64,000 nt of DNA from Octopus sinensis (lineage: Eukaryota), in NCBI RefSeq assembly GCF_006345805.1, contig NC_043019.1, forward strand, positions 22,133,360 to 22,197,359, read 5' to 3'. Within the stretch, counting starts at the first letter, position 1. Each line of letters begins with the position of its first letter. The notes beneath the pieces are model-generated. The model did no database searches, had not been told where the DNA came from, and was given only the letters and a program-made list of their open reading frames with translations. This document shows, piece by piece, positions 1-14,800 of the stretch. The translations under genes were made by a program, and so were the position numbers.

Positions 1-374
1 CAGGAAGTCTGTCAGATGGACTAGGTCTGCTGTCAATTAATGGACTTAATCTAGCATCTGATTCAACACCACACTTGGCCCTTTACCTGTTTAATAGGGA
101 CCACTCTGTTACAAGCATTTGGGCCACATTCTAATGCTGAAGATATCAAGATCTTATTTTCCCATCAACCAGTCTTGGAAGTCCTGCAAAAGGGTCACGA
201 GTATGGTTCTTATTCTGCTAAGATATGGTGGCTGGTGGGTATGTGGTTAAGAAGTTTGTTTTGGAACCACATGATCTTGGGTTCAGTTCTGCTGTGAAGT
301 ATCTTCAGCAAATGTCTTCCACTATAGCATTGGGCTGACCAACATGCGTATGTACTTGTGTGTGTGTATGTATG

Positions 375-412
<38 letters not shown>

Positions 413-438
413 ATTTAATGAGTATTCTTTTCATTCAG

Positions 439-604
439 CTGAAGACAAAGCAATCCCTTGCATAGTACCGAGTGAAGAAGTAGTCCTTGACTATGAACAT
501 ATCAGTGAAGAAGAAAAAAAGGCTTTTCCAGAATTCTTTGATGGAAGACTTTCCAAAACACCACAACGATATTTGAAAATTAGGAATTACATGTTGGATT
601 GCTG
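439..604 (+). CDS. MYSM1: MYSM1 exon (SWIRM N-part)
   Basis: ttcattcag acceptor, EDKAIPC...YMLDC(W), donor gtaagt at 605. Confidence 0.92.
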
Positions 605-1332
605 GTAAGTGTTTCTTAGGGTTTGAAAAAAAGGGGTGGGGAGTTTACTTAGTCTTCCTTCCTTTACTGTTATGTGATCAATTGGCATGCTAGAGATAGC
701 AGCTAAATCTGGCTCAAATCATAGCCAACAGTCTTAAAATCATGAAGGATACATAGAAAAGTTAGTCCTAGATGTAGATATAGTAGTTATATAGTTCCTT
801 CCTGAGCCATGTGGACTCATAGGGCTGGTTTAGTGGATTCTCTGACATATGTACTCCCTGGGACGGGACTCTGGTCCATCGCAGTAGTCCTAGATATACT
901 GCCTGAACTAAAGATTTGATGCTCGTGATTGGAATGCCTTTGATTATAGGTTTGTTCATTCGGAGCTCATCTGGAGGTAGACAACAATAACATGAGAGTA
1001 AATTCACCAGAGATGTTCTATTTCTGGAACTCGTTGTTCAAAGTAATTAGCAGTATCTTCATCATTACCATCATCATCATTTTATTGTTCACTTTTCCAT
1101 GCTTGCATGGATTGGACAGAATTTGCTGAGGCAGATTCTCTATAGTCGAATGCCCATCCTCCCATCAATCCTTATCTGTTTCCAAGTAAAGTAATATTTC
1201 CCCATGATCAGACATGTTTTCATGGAAGATTGAAAATGAATGAGACTGCTTGTTTGACAGTGACACTCATTTACATCTATTACAGTATCAAGGCAACAAG
1301 ACAATAACACAAACACACAGACATGTACATGA

Positions 1333-1366
<34 letters not shown>

Positions 1367-1481
1367 CATCATCATCATCGTTTAACGTCCATTCTCCATG
1401 CTAGCATGGGTTGGACGGTTCGACCGGGGATCTGGGAAGCCAGAAGGCTGCATCAGGCTCCGGTCTTATCTGGCAATGTTT

Positions 1482-1512
<31 letters not shown>

Positions 1513-4500
1513 CACATACACACAATGAGCTTCTTTCAGTTTCTGTCTACCAAATCCACTCATAAGGCTTTGGTTGACCAAATGCTATAGCAGAAACACA
1601 AAACACTAAGGTGGCTTACCAAGGGACTGACTATGAAACCATGTGATTGACAAGCAAACTTCAGTGATATATGATTGACTATCATCTTACTATCATCATT
1701 ATTTAGCATCTGATGATGATGATGATGAGTAAGATTGTTTGACTGGAGCTGCACCAGGCTCTAGTCTGTTTTGGTTTGGTTTCTACAGCTGGATGCTTTT
1801 CCTAATGCCAACCATTCAACAGAGTGTACTGGGTGCCTTGAAATGCAATGCATGTCCTGTCCGTCACACTTGTAGCGGAAAACTAAAATAACAAACGGAG
1901 TGGAAGTGAGTGACTGTCAGAGACACTAAACGCAGGCAAACTAGGTTTCACTCTGATCTCACTGCACAAATTTTTATTGTAAGTAATACTTACTTTAACA
2001 GTTTCACATATATATTTATAAATATATATAAAATTAAGTATTACATCCTTTTGTTTACAAAATATTGTTCATATAATATTTATTTATATACATATATATA
2101 TATATATATAGTGGCCTGCTCGCTTAGCCAGCGGGGTGGCGTCATTTGAAGGCTAAAACAATGCGAACGCATTGTGACCAGCGATGTGTAACTACATCTG
2201 TTGGACTGGTCGGTCACGTGATGGTGATATATTAGGTTGTCCCAAAAGTTCGTAAACACTTGCGAAAATTGAATTTTTACTCACCAAGTACTAACAAAAA
2301 CAACAAAAATTATTCCTCAAAATAAAGAACATTATTTTCCAAGACTTTCTACGAACTTTTGGGACAACCTTATATATATAGTAGAAATATGTTACAAAAA
2401 GAAAATATAAAATACACGTAGAAATGTAAGGGTAAAATATGAAAAATCAATGAAAATGCACATTGTAAATAAAAAAGGCTTTTTATGACAGGTAATGACA
2501 AATATATACTTTTAGATTGACTGACACACACACAGACATATACACATACAAACAAACATACATACATAGTTAATTTTGTAAACATTATATATATATATAT
2601 ATGATTTAGCAACAGTAGTATAATAATTTGCTATCATCTTTGTTACGACAGGAAAGCTTGCAAACCTTCATTCTTAAATAAAACCTCAGTCCGTCCTGGT
2701 TTGAAAAACTGCGGAGATGTGAACTGCATAGGTAAAATCCATACTTATATTGAAGGCATTGGCGCCATAAATTTTGGATGTGGTAAGAATAACTTTAAAT
2801 TCCTAATCGAGGGTTTATTCAATTTATTCATGGTCTTCTATTCTATTTGTTTGTTTGTTTTATATCTGTTTTTTTTTTGTGCTAGCATGAGTTAGTTGTG
2901 TACATATTATTGAACCATTGTTTTAAAGCCAGTTGCCCTTTCTGTCATTAATTAACCTTCACCTAGTTTTTGAGTAAGGGATTTATTTTTAGTCTGTACA
3001 TCTTTGGAAGTGTAGAGCTGGTGGAAGATTCGTTGACTGGGAATTATCAACATCGTTCTCTGTTTTATGTGTGTGTATGTGTGTGTTTCTTTCTCTCTCT
3101 TTATGTCTGTGTGTATTTCTCTATAAGTCTCTCTCTTTTTCTCTTTCTTTTACTTATTTGTCTCTTTCTCTCTTTGTATGTATGTATGGCTCTCTCACAC
3201 TCTCTCTTTCCCTTCTGCCCTCCCCTTTCTCTCCCTTCCTCCCTCCCTCCTTCCCTCTCTTTTGTATATGTCTCTACTTTTCTGTTGTTCTCTATCTTTA
3301 TTTTGCTTCCCAGAACAAGCATTTTACAATCAGCTACCAAAATCTTCAACATCAACAACGAAGAAGACATGTGCAAGTGAAGAGGTTCAGGACCAGCAGG
3401 CTAGCAAGTTAGATGCTATGGTGAATATTTACTTCATAATTATTTTCTTTAACTCTTTGGTTACCACACTTTCTTTGAAATACACTCTCTTTGTTTCAAT
3501 AAATCTTGAAAATAATGAAGAATTTGTAGTAAAGATTGTTTGCCAACACAACATGGCTGCCCTGGTTTAGGACGAATGTTGCTGTAATTTAGCCCCAGGA
3601 GACATCGTCTCCAGCTGGCTATACGACACAAGCTGTGTCCTTATATTTTTGAACAAGGGAATCTAGCACCACCACTCAGCTCAAAACGTTGTGAGATTTA
3701 AAAATAGTAATTTTGTAATGAAGAATTTATTAAAATAAGTTTATCATTATCAACCTGGAGTTTGGAATATAAATGAACATGGAATTTTAATGAAAGGTTT
3801 TAATTTAAATGGCTTTGAAAAGGGAAGTTTGTATCATAGAACCAGGGGGACAATTTCAGGTGAGTTGGTATCAAAGGGGTTCAAAGAGTGCTTAATATCA
3901 ATCTTTAAATATTTTACCTGTTTCCGTCATTGAACTGTGGCCGTGCTGAGGCACACTGTCTTGAAGGGTTGAGTTAAACAAATTGACCTCAGTACTTACT
4001 TTTAACCCTTTAGCATTAAAACCAACCATATCTGGCCAAAATATTCTACCTGTTTTATGTTCAAACTAAGAAGATCTGGCATCTCATGCCAATCATCATC
4101 ATCATCATCGTTTAACGTCCGTTTTCCGCGCTAGCACGGGTCGGACGGTTCGACCGGGGTCTGGGAAGCCAGGAGGCTGCACCAGGCTCCAGTCAGATCT
4201 GGCAGTGTTTCTACAGCTGGATGCCCTTCCTAATGCCAAACATTCCATGAGTGTAGTGGGTGCTTTTTACGTGCCACCGGCACAGGTGCCAGGGGAGTCT
4301 GGCAGCGGCCACGATCGGTTGGTGCTTTTAACGTGCCACCGGCTCTAAAAACAAATGGTTACCTCATCAAAATCTCAGAACTATAAGATAATGCATAATT
4401 AATTCAAAACAATGTGAATACTAAAGGATTAAACCTAGTACTTATTCTGTCAGTCTCTGCTGAACTAAGTTACAGGGATGTAAACAAACCAATGCCAGTT

Positions 4501-4916
4501 GTGAAGTGGTGGTGGTGGTGGTGGACAAACACAAAAAGACACACACATTCCCATACATCACTTTGTAGTGTATTATGGTTGCGTAACGAAATACAGTGAC
4601 CCTACACATCATTAATATTCACATACATATATGTACGACAGGCTTCTTTCAATTTCTGTCTACCAAATCCACTCACAAGGCTTTGATAGGCCCACAGCTA
4701 TCTCTCTCTCTTTACTCTTTTACTTGTTTCAGTCATTTGACTGCGGCCATGCTGGAGCACCGCCTTTAATCGAGCAACTCGACCGTGGGACTTATTCTTT
4801 TGTAAGCCCAGTACTTATTCTATTGGTCTCTTTTGCCGAACCGCTAAGTAACGGGGACATAAACACACCAGCATTGGTTGTCAAGCAATGCTAGGGGGAC
4901 AAACACACATACACAA

Positions 4917-4959
<43 letters not shown>

Positions 4960-5546
4960 TACGACGGGCTTCTTTCAGTTTCTGTCTACCAAATCCACTC
5001 ACAAGGCTTTGGTCAGCCCGAAGCTATAGTAGAAGACACTTGCCCAAGGTGCCACGCAGTGGATCTGAACCTGGAACCATGTGGTTGGTAAACAAGCTAC
5101 TTACCACACAGCCTCTCCTGGAAGGTATATGCCTAAAGTGCCATGCAGTAGGACCTTACTCAATAAAAATGAAGATTTTAGAAGGGGTCTGTTAGTAGCA
5201 GAAATAGTTACCAAACCCCTGAAACTCTAACCTTAGAAACAGAACTTGCTGCTCTAAGACAACACTTTTGTAACTGTTTCAAATTTTGCTTGTATATTTG
5301 TTTCAGAGACCCAGACGAAAGCGTGTAAAAGATGATGAGGGTTTCTGGGTTTGTGATACAATTTTTAAAGACAAAACAGCCGAGGTAAATCTTGATTTTT
5401 TAAAATCTTTTATTTTCTGCTATTTCTTCAGTAAAATATCATCATCATCATCATACATCCATTTTTCATGCTGGCATGGATTGGATGGTTTAACATGATC
5501 CAATGGTTGTCCAGCAGTGATGGGGGTCAAACATAGACACAAAGAT

Positions 5547-5577
<31 letters not shown>

Positions 5578-8500
5578 CAACAAGATTCTTTTAGTTTCCA
5601 TCTTCCAAATCCACTCACAAGGCTTTGGTCAACTGGAAGCTATGGTAGAAGTCACTTGCCCAAGGTACTATGCAGCGGGACTGAACCTGAAACTATGTGG
5701 TTGAGAAGCAAACTTCTTACCAAACAGCCCTGCCTGCATGTATGCATGATGATGATGATGTTTTTCTTTTAAGATAGCAACAAAAATTGTATTTTGTCAT
5801 AGCTAAATCACTGATAAAATTTGTAATCAGTATTAAATATGTTTCTTTACTACCCACAAGGGGCTACACACAGAGGGGACAAACAAGGACAGACAAACGA
5901 ATTAAGTCGATTACATTGACCCAGTGCGTAACTGGTACTTAATTTATCAACCCCGAATGGATAAAAGGCAAAGTCAACCTCGGCGGAATTCGAACTCAGA
6001 ATGTAGCGGCAGACGAAATACGGCTACGCACTTCGCCCAGTGTGCTAACGTATCTGCCAGCTCGCCGGTAATCAGTATTAAATAGGGTACAGGTAGGTGT
6101 GGCTGTGTAGTTTGCTTCCCAACCACATGGTTTTGGTTTCAGTTTCATTGTGTGGCACCTTGGGCAAGTGTCTGCTACTAGAGCCCTAGGCCAATCAAAA
6201 CCTTGCAGGTGGATTTACTAAGCAAAAGCTGAAAAAAAGCCCATCAAATATATGTGTGTGTGTATGAGTGTACTTTAAAAGGTTTTTGTAATGAATTCTT
6301 GATACTGTCACAATATTTGAAGAAAGATTTTCTTAAATTTAATTTTTTTTTTATTATACTTACTTTTACTTTACTTTTACTTTTACTTGTTTCAGTCATT
6401 TGACTGCGGCCATGCTGGAGCACCGCCTTTAGTCGAGCAAATTGACCCCGGGACTTATTCTTTGTAAGCCCAGTACTTATTCTATCGGTCTCTTTTTGCC
6501 GAACCACTAAGTGACGGGGACGTAAACACACCAGCATCGGTTGTCAAGCAATGCTAGGGGGACAAACACAGACACACAAACACACACATACATACATACA
6601 TACGACAGGCTTCTTTCAGTTTCCGTCTACCAAATCCACTCACAAGGCTTTGGTCGGCCCGAGGCTATAGTAGAAAACATTTGCCCAAGATGCCACACAG
6701 TGGGACTGAACCCGGAACCATGTAGTTCATAAGCAAGCTACTTACCACACAGCCACTCCTTTAAAAAAAACAGAATGATATGTCCCTTTGGAAAGGAAAT
6801 TTTCATATTGTGTTGAGCAGTTTTGCTATTTACAGTTTTACAAACATACAATATTATGGGGTAATTTGTATTATTTATGTTTATGAGTCCTTACCACATG
6901 TTAGTTGTAAATGAGTGTCACTATCATACAAACAGGGTCATTCATTTCCATTGTCTGGGGGAACACGTCTGACCATGCAAAATATTACCTTGCTTGGAAA
7001 CAGGCGACGGTTGGCAAGAGGAAAAACATTCGATCATAGAAAATCTGCATCGATAAATTCCACCTGACCCATGCAAGCATGGAAAAGTAGAAGTTAAGAG
7101 GACAATGATGATGATGATGATCATCATCATTTAGCGTCCGCTTTCCATGCTAGCATGGGTTGGACGGTTCGACCGGGGATCTGGGAAGCCAGAAGGCTGC
7201 ACCAGGTCCAGTCTGATCTGGCAATGTTTCTACGGCTGGATGCCCTTCCTAACGCCAACCACTCCGTGAGTGTAGTGGGTACTTTTTAAGTACCACCGGC
7301 ACAGGTGCCAGACGGGGCTGGCAAACGGCCACGGTCAGATGCTGCTTTTTACGTGCCACGGTAATGACAATGGACATGCTCTTAATAACAACCATAGTAA
7401 CCACAACAATAACCTGTCTACGTTACCTGTCCATCATCAATCTAATTTGTTTTTAATCTTTTCTTTTGTAGAACAAGGAATGTAATAAAGCCTCCCAACC
7501 CAAAATGAGCCGAACTAAACTTATTGAAGATCCATTCCGGTTAATTCCATGCCAGATGTTCCCAGAAGAAATGGTGAGTTTTGTTGATTTATGTAGCTAT
7601 GTTACCCAGCTTGTGATGTGGCAGGGTCATTAGAATGTTAGATAAAATGCTATACAGTACTTGTTTCAACTTTCTGTACTCTGAGTTCAAATTCCACTGA
7701 GGTCAACTTTGCCTTTCATCCTTTCGGGGTCAATAAAATAAAACAAGGACCAGTAAATTGGTGTGTCTTCGTATCTGTGTTTGTCCCCCACTGCCGCTTG
7801 ACAACCAGTGTTGGTGTGTTTATGTCCCAGTAACTTAATAGTTTGGCAAAGGAAAACCGTAGAATAAGTACCAATTTTTATAAAAGGTAAGTACTGGGAT
7901 CAGTTTGTTCAACTAAATTTTTTCAAGGCAGCGCTCCAGCATGGCTGCAGTCTAATGACCGAAACAAGTAAACGGTAAAAGAAAAAAGATGTATATGTGC
8001 AGATTCATGATGGCACCTGGCTGACAGAGGCCCTAGATTAGCCAAGTTAACTACTGAGGCAATTAGATTAAAGTAGAGTGTTTTTACCTCGGGGCTGCTT
8101 CATAATTCCTTTTAATTTTTCAGGCTCCTTTACATATAGATATTGAATCCTCTGCTCTAATCACCATGGATGTACACGCCCATATGTTTAAAACAGAAGT
8201 AGTTGGGCTTTTAGGAGGGGAGTGTTCTCCCGAAGGCAACCACATGAAAATAAAAACTGCTATGCCTTGTCGGAGTATAAGTACAGGTATTCAGTGTGAA
8301 ATGGATGCAGGTAAGTACCTCCTTGCTTTTTTTTCTTTTTAATTTTTAAACCCTTTAGTGTTCAGATTATTCTGTCAAATGTGATGTTTGGTTATTTAAA
8401 ATGGTTTGAATTAATCATGCATTATCTTGTAGTTTAGAGATTTCAGTGATGTGATTTTTTAGTTTTAGAACAACATGGTAGGGCTGAGGTGAGAGGCGAG

Positions 8501-11500
8501 ATCTGGTTAGTTTCGATATAAAACAGGTTAAATGTTTTGGCCGGATATGGCCGGTTTGAATGCTAAAGGGTTAAATTCCTTTTTTCTTCTTTCTCTTTTT
8601 ATTATCACCATCATCATCTTTTCAACATCCATTTTTCCATGCTTGCATGGGTCGGATGAAATTTAGTTGAAGTGTCACCAACCCTCATCTGTTTCTATGT
8701 AATATTTTCCTATGACCAAATATATTTTCATAGAAAATGAATGAAGGATTTCGCATGCATGATGATAACATTTGTTTACGACTTCCATGCGTTGTCAAGA
8801 CAAAGAGACAATAACACACATAAACATATGCATATATATATATATATAAACCTTCTTCATGGTTTTTCCACTTTTCTCATTGTCCAGTGTCCATGTTTTT
8901 TAAAATATATATAATATATATATAACATATAAACAGGGCCTGAAAAATTGCTTGGAGATACATGGAATATTTTATAAATATGTCTGTTCAAGTATCATAA
9001 AAGCATGAAACTATTAGTAGTTCTTTCAATTGGTGTATTGTTAGTACACAGAACCCTGCTTTGTGGTTTAAAAGTCTTTGACTCTTGTTTCTAGCAATGC
9101 TGCTGCTGTCCTGCATCCTTAGTCGCTTTTAGTGATGATGAACTTTTTTTTTCTTTTTCAGTTTTAAATTGCATCTAGCTACCTTAATCATTATATGTAT
9201 ATATATATAGGTGAGAAAGTTGGTGTGTGAAAGCACGTGGTTGAATATATAGAAAATAGTAAAAAGTGAAAAAACTATATATATATATATATATATACAT
9301 ATTTATATCTACACACATACACACAAACACATACACATATCTCTCTCTCAGTATATATATCTATATATATAAAAGAGAGTTTCTGTCTGTCCCACAAAAC
9401 ATAATTGAGACACCATCTCATTTATAAGTGTGGGTGCTTTGTCCACTTTCACACTTTAACTATAGTGATGATAATGATGATGATGGTGTGACCAGAGCTA
9501 AAGTGCCAAAATTTTCAAATAATTGACATCTTTCAATCTCTCTCCCCACCTCTCTCTGTTTATTTTTCTGTCTTTCTATTTGGCCAGAAATTGTCCAGTG
9601 GTGAGAACAGTCAGAGTTCATGACAATGACAACCACCATACCACATATATTTATTCAAGGATGGTCTGTTCTGCACAACTAAACACAGCCAATCACTTTC
9701 TCTCTCCCTCCCCCTCTCCCCGCTCTCTCTAACAACTGCCACAAGTAAAAATAAAAAAATAAACATTCTGGGGTCAATATGCTAGGACACAACAACCTCC
9801 TAAGCAGACCGACTGCAAATATGAACAGCATATGGAAACCCGTATTAAGGAAGGATAGGAGAATATTAGATTTATAAGCCCTAAAATTCATCATCATCAT
9901 CATCATCAACAACAACAACAACAAGTACCTTAGGAATGAGAACCCAGGTTTGAAATTTCCCCAAGCACATAGAGACCAGCAGTGTATAACAATATCCAAT
10001 GGTCTGGTTGATAAAGTGATATTTTAAAAAGCTAATTATGTTTATTGACATTTTTATAATCTAATTGTCATTGATAAATTCTATAAGTCTTATAACTTTA
10101 TATGTCTTGAGCGTATGAATGTTATCTTAATTATTTTCTTAATTTCTTTGTCTTTCTATTTATTTTAGTGTCTCAAACTGAAGTGGGTACCGTCATAACT
10201 GAGTTAGGACAGTCCGTAGTTGGATGGTATCATTCACACCCTACATTTGCAGCCAACCCTTCCACTAGGGATATTGAAAGTCAACTAAAATATCAGGTGA
10301 GATCACCGGATTTTGTTCTTTGTTCTGGGTAGATGGTAAGCTAGCAGAATTGTTAGAGGGTTAGAAAAATGCTTTGCAGTATTTCTTCCAGCTCTGTATG
10401 TTTTGGTTTCAAATCCTGCTGAAGTCGAATTTGCCTTACAACTGTTTGGGAAGGGTCTCAGTAACAGAGAGTATCATTGAACCAGTGAAATACTAGGGTT
10501 AGCGATATAGACTAACAGATTCCCCTCAAAATCGCTGGCCTTCTGTCTAAATGAGAAACAATTATTATTATTATTATTATTCAGTAGTTTTATTTTTATC
10601 CCATGTTTTCACTACATTACCAAGCACAACTCTGTGTGCCTTGGGTATGTGCTGTGGTTTGTTGTGATGCTCTTATTTTCACTGTATTGAAATTGTTTTA
10701 CGTAAAATGTGTGTGGGTCCTATTAGTGCTATTTTCTATATGTTATATTTACTTTTAAGACATCATCATCACCACTACCACCACCATCATCATTATTATT
10801 AAGGCAGCACGCTGGCAGAATTGTTAGCATGCCAAGCAAAATGCTTTGTGACATTTTGTCTGTCCTTACATACTGAGTTCAAATTCCTTTCAGGTTTGAT
10901 AAATCAAGTACCAGTGAAACACTGAGATTAATCTGATCTACTCGTCCTCTCCCCCAAAATGGCTGCCCTTGTGGCAAAATTTGAAATCATCATCATCATC
11001 GTCATCACCACCACCACCATCATCATCATTATTATTATTAAGGCAGTGAGCTGGCAGAATTTTTAGCATGCTGTGCAAATGCTTATCAGCATTTCATTCA
11101 TCTTTACATTCTGAGTTTGAATTTCGCCAAGGTCAGCTTTGCCTTTCATCCATTCGGGGTTGATAAAAGAAGTACCAGTCAGACACTGGAGTTAATACAG
11201 CATAAATCAACATGGAACTTTAATGAAAAGGTTTAACTCAGATCACTTTAACCCTTTTGTTACCATATATCTATTAAAGTACATTACTTTTATTTCAGTT
11301 AACTTAGTAAAATAACTTTGTCATGATTAAGCTGGTGTTTGGAACATAGATTTATGCGAAATTTTTAAGGAAGGTTTTAATTTAAATTATTTTAAAGCCA
11401 GAAGTCTGCATCATTGAACCAAGGTCTCAGGCCTGGTTGATATTAAAAAGGTTAAACATTATTGTTGTTGTTGTTGTTGTTTCAGGAATGGTTTGCTCGT

Positions 11501-11816
11501 GGTGGATCAAAGTATGTGGCTTTTATTGTCAGTCCATATATGGGCAAAGTTCATTCTGAAATGTGTTGTTTGACAGTTGAGAAATCCATGGAACCTGATT
11601 TAAAACGTAAGTTAATTATTCCTGTCCCACAACTTCACCCCCCTCTGTTATATGTATATATATACATATATAAATATGTTGATGCTGACTCCACCAAGTG
11701 AGCAATAAAGGACCTTTTGGACAATAACTGATGAAGAATTAGCAACATCTTGTCTTCTGTGTGAATTTTCCATTAGTTCCTTTTTTTTCATTTCTATTCA
11801 AAGTTTGAAAATTATG

Positions 11817-11852
<36 letters not shown>

Positions 11853-14800
11853 TGATAAAACTGGTAAGACAACAAAAGAATGAAAGAGACCTCGATATTG
11901 TGTAAATAGAGGAATTTATCTGTAAATGTAATATATGACAATTATTCGATAGCCATGATAAAACTCCAAGTTTCGGATGCTGAGGTGGAAATCCATGCTG
12001 CCATCTCTTCAGTTATCTGGCCATCGGAAAAAATGATATATATATATATATATATAAGACAAGGTATAATGGTCATTACATGCTTTCTTTATTGTAATAA
12101 AGAAAAATATGTAATGACCATTATTTATACTTTATATCTTGCATGTCACTGTATAAAAACCCATATAATGGGAGCACAACCATGGATTTACAATATGGAA
12201 TGCTGATGAACTATAACCTTGGACCCTGCCATAAGAATATGTGGAGTTCTTTAGTAATTTAAGCAATAGTTAGCCTGGTGTACTAACAGAGAGCTCATAA
12301 AGTATTTCATCCAGATTGATAATCCCTCACTAACATCATCATCATCATCATCATCATCATCATTCAATGACCATTGTCCATGCTGGCATAGGTTGGATGG
12401 TTCAACCAAGGCTGGTAAGCTGAGGGGCTGCACCAGACACCAGCCTGATTTGGCATGGTTTCTATGGCTGGATGCCCTTCCTAATGCCAACTGCTCCGAG
12501 AGTGTAATGGGTGCTTTTACGTGCCACTGGCACAGGTACCAGTATCCGCTATGATTACGATTTCACTTGGCTGGATGGGTCTTCTACTCAAGCATGAGGC
12601 CCAATGCTTGAAAGGTGCTTTTTATATGCCACCGACATGGGTGCTAGCTACATGACACCAGCATTGGCCACATTGCCTCCATGTGGCCTAATGTTCAAAA
12701 GGTGCTTTTTACGTGTTACTAGCACAAGTGCCAGTTATGTGACACCAGCCTCAGCCATAACTATGGTTTCACTTGGCTTGACGGGTTTTCTCATGCTCGG
12801 CATATCACCAAAGGTCTTGGTCACTAGTCATTGCCTCCATGAGGCCTAGTTCTTGAAGATCATGCTTCACCACCTCGTCCCATGTCTTCCTGGGTCTACT
12901 GCTTCCACAGGTTCCCCCCACAGTTAGAGATCAGCACTTCTTTACACTGCTGTCTTCATCCGTAGGCATCACATGACCATACCAGCACAGTTGTCTCTCT
13001 TGCACACCACATCTGATGCCTCTTATTCTCTTGACACTTGCACTCTATCATACATGCACAATGGCATTGCACATCCAGTGAAGCATACTAGTTCCATTTC
13101 TTACAAGCCTACACATGTCCTCGGTGGTCACAGCCCATGTTTCACTACCGTGTAGCATGGCTATTCACACACAGGCAACATACAGTCTATCTTTCAATCT
13201 GAGGGAGAGGTCTTTGTTACCAGCAGAGGTAGGAGCTCTCTGAACTGTATCCAGCCTATTTTCATTCTTGCAGCTATGCTCTCGGAGCATCTACCTCTGA
13301 GAGTGTGTATAATTATATTCAGTTGTGTTTAAAACTGACAAAGGATGTATTTTTTTACTTTTATACCAATCTATTAACAGATGTGCCTTTCAAACATACA
13401 TACCAAGAACTGAATAACGTTTTGGACATGGAGAAATGTCTGGACATCATAGAGCAGCTATTGTCTGACCAACATTCACAAATGGAGAATAAAATTGACC
13501 TCAATAAACTCTACGACCATTCTACAGAAGTCACCTGTCTTTCAAAGGTTAGTCTTTTCCTTTCATTATTTTCCAGCTTCATCATATTCTCACAATTCCT
13601 ATCAGTTCCTTTTCTCAATGGTTTCTTCTTTTTCAGCTTCTCCTTCTCCTCCTCCTTGCTATTGTCTTCCTTCTCTTAGACCAGTGGTTCTCAACCATTT
13701 TTTACCTATGGACCCTTTGATTTTTATTTTACGTGAGTGGACCCTCATAACCATCCCATGTTTAAAAATCCTATTATATTTTTATTAGGAATTGTATGAA
13801 AAATTCTTAAAATATTTTATGCATTGTAGACGTATAAGCAAATTATTGAGCATAAACTTGAACCACAAAATTTCATATGGACCCCACCCAGGGCCATATC
13901 AACCTCATTTAAGAAACACTGTCTTAGACTCTCTCTCTCCCCTCCCTCTTTTTCCTCTCACATCTCTCCATTCATAATTACTTTACTCTTCATTAGTCTA
14001 GTAGTTTACATCTCATCTAATTACAAAGTCCCATCCCTTACCAAATGAATTCCTTTACTTTGGTGGTAACTGTTTAACAATAAATGATTTTATTCTTTTA
14101 TTGTTCTTTAATTATTGTTGGTTAACCCAGATCAGCTGCAATCAATCAAATTTATGATCCAAGGTGTTCCTGTGAGGGCCTATAGGAAAGGTGTTTAGCC
14201 AGTATGTTGGCCTGGAGGAGGCCAAAGAGCCAAGGAAAGGACCCATGAATATCTGGTGGGCCTCTCTCCCTAAAAAATAGCTCCTCACAGCCTCCTTGAA
14301 TTTTGAGGGGAGCTTCTCTATCCTAGGTCTTGAATATAGTCCTGTTCCATCTTGCCAGATTTCTTTCAGAAATTCTAGTTCCTGTCATGACCATCTCTTC
14401 TTTTCAGTCTTATTTAGGACTGCAATATCTAACGTGGCCTCTTGTTTAAGATGAAGAATTGACCAATATTTCAAGTATGTTGAATAACTACATAGAGGAT
14501 CTCCATTATTGGCTCAATGTGCTTACAGTGTAAGGCACCTCTGTGCTGGAAGGTACCTATGTATTAAAAAGTACATGTGTGCTGGAAGGTACCTGTGTAC
14601 TGGAAGGTACCTTTGTGATGGAAAATCATTGTACTGGGAGACATCTCTGTGCTGTAAAAGGTACCTTTGTGTTATAGACAGCATCTGTGTACTGGATATT
14701 AGGGTCTTGACACAGTCCTCTGACTTGCTAGCTTCTGTCAAACTTGCCAACCCATATCAGCATGGAAAACAGATGATCTTAAATGGGGATGAGGAAGTTG

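Noticed and set aside
4878-5195. Recurrent ORFs such as [10 protein letters not shown]...[17 protein letters not shown]
   Set aside because: Translations of SINE family 2, repeated at many loci
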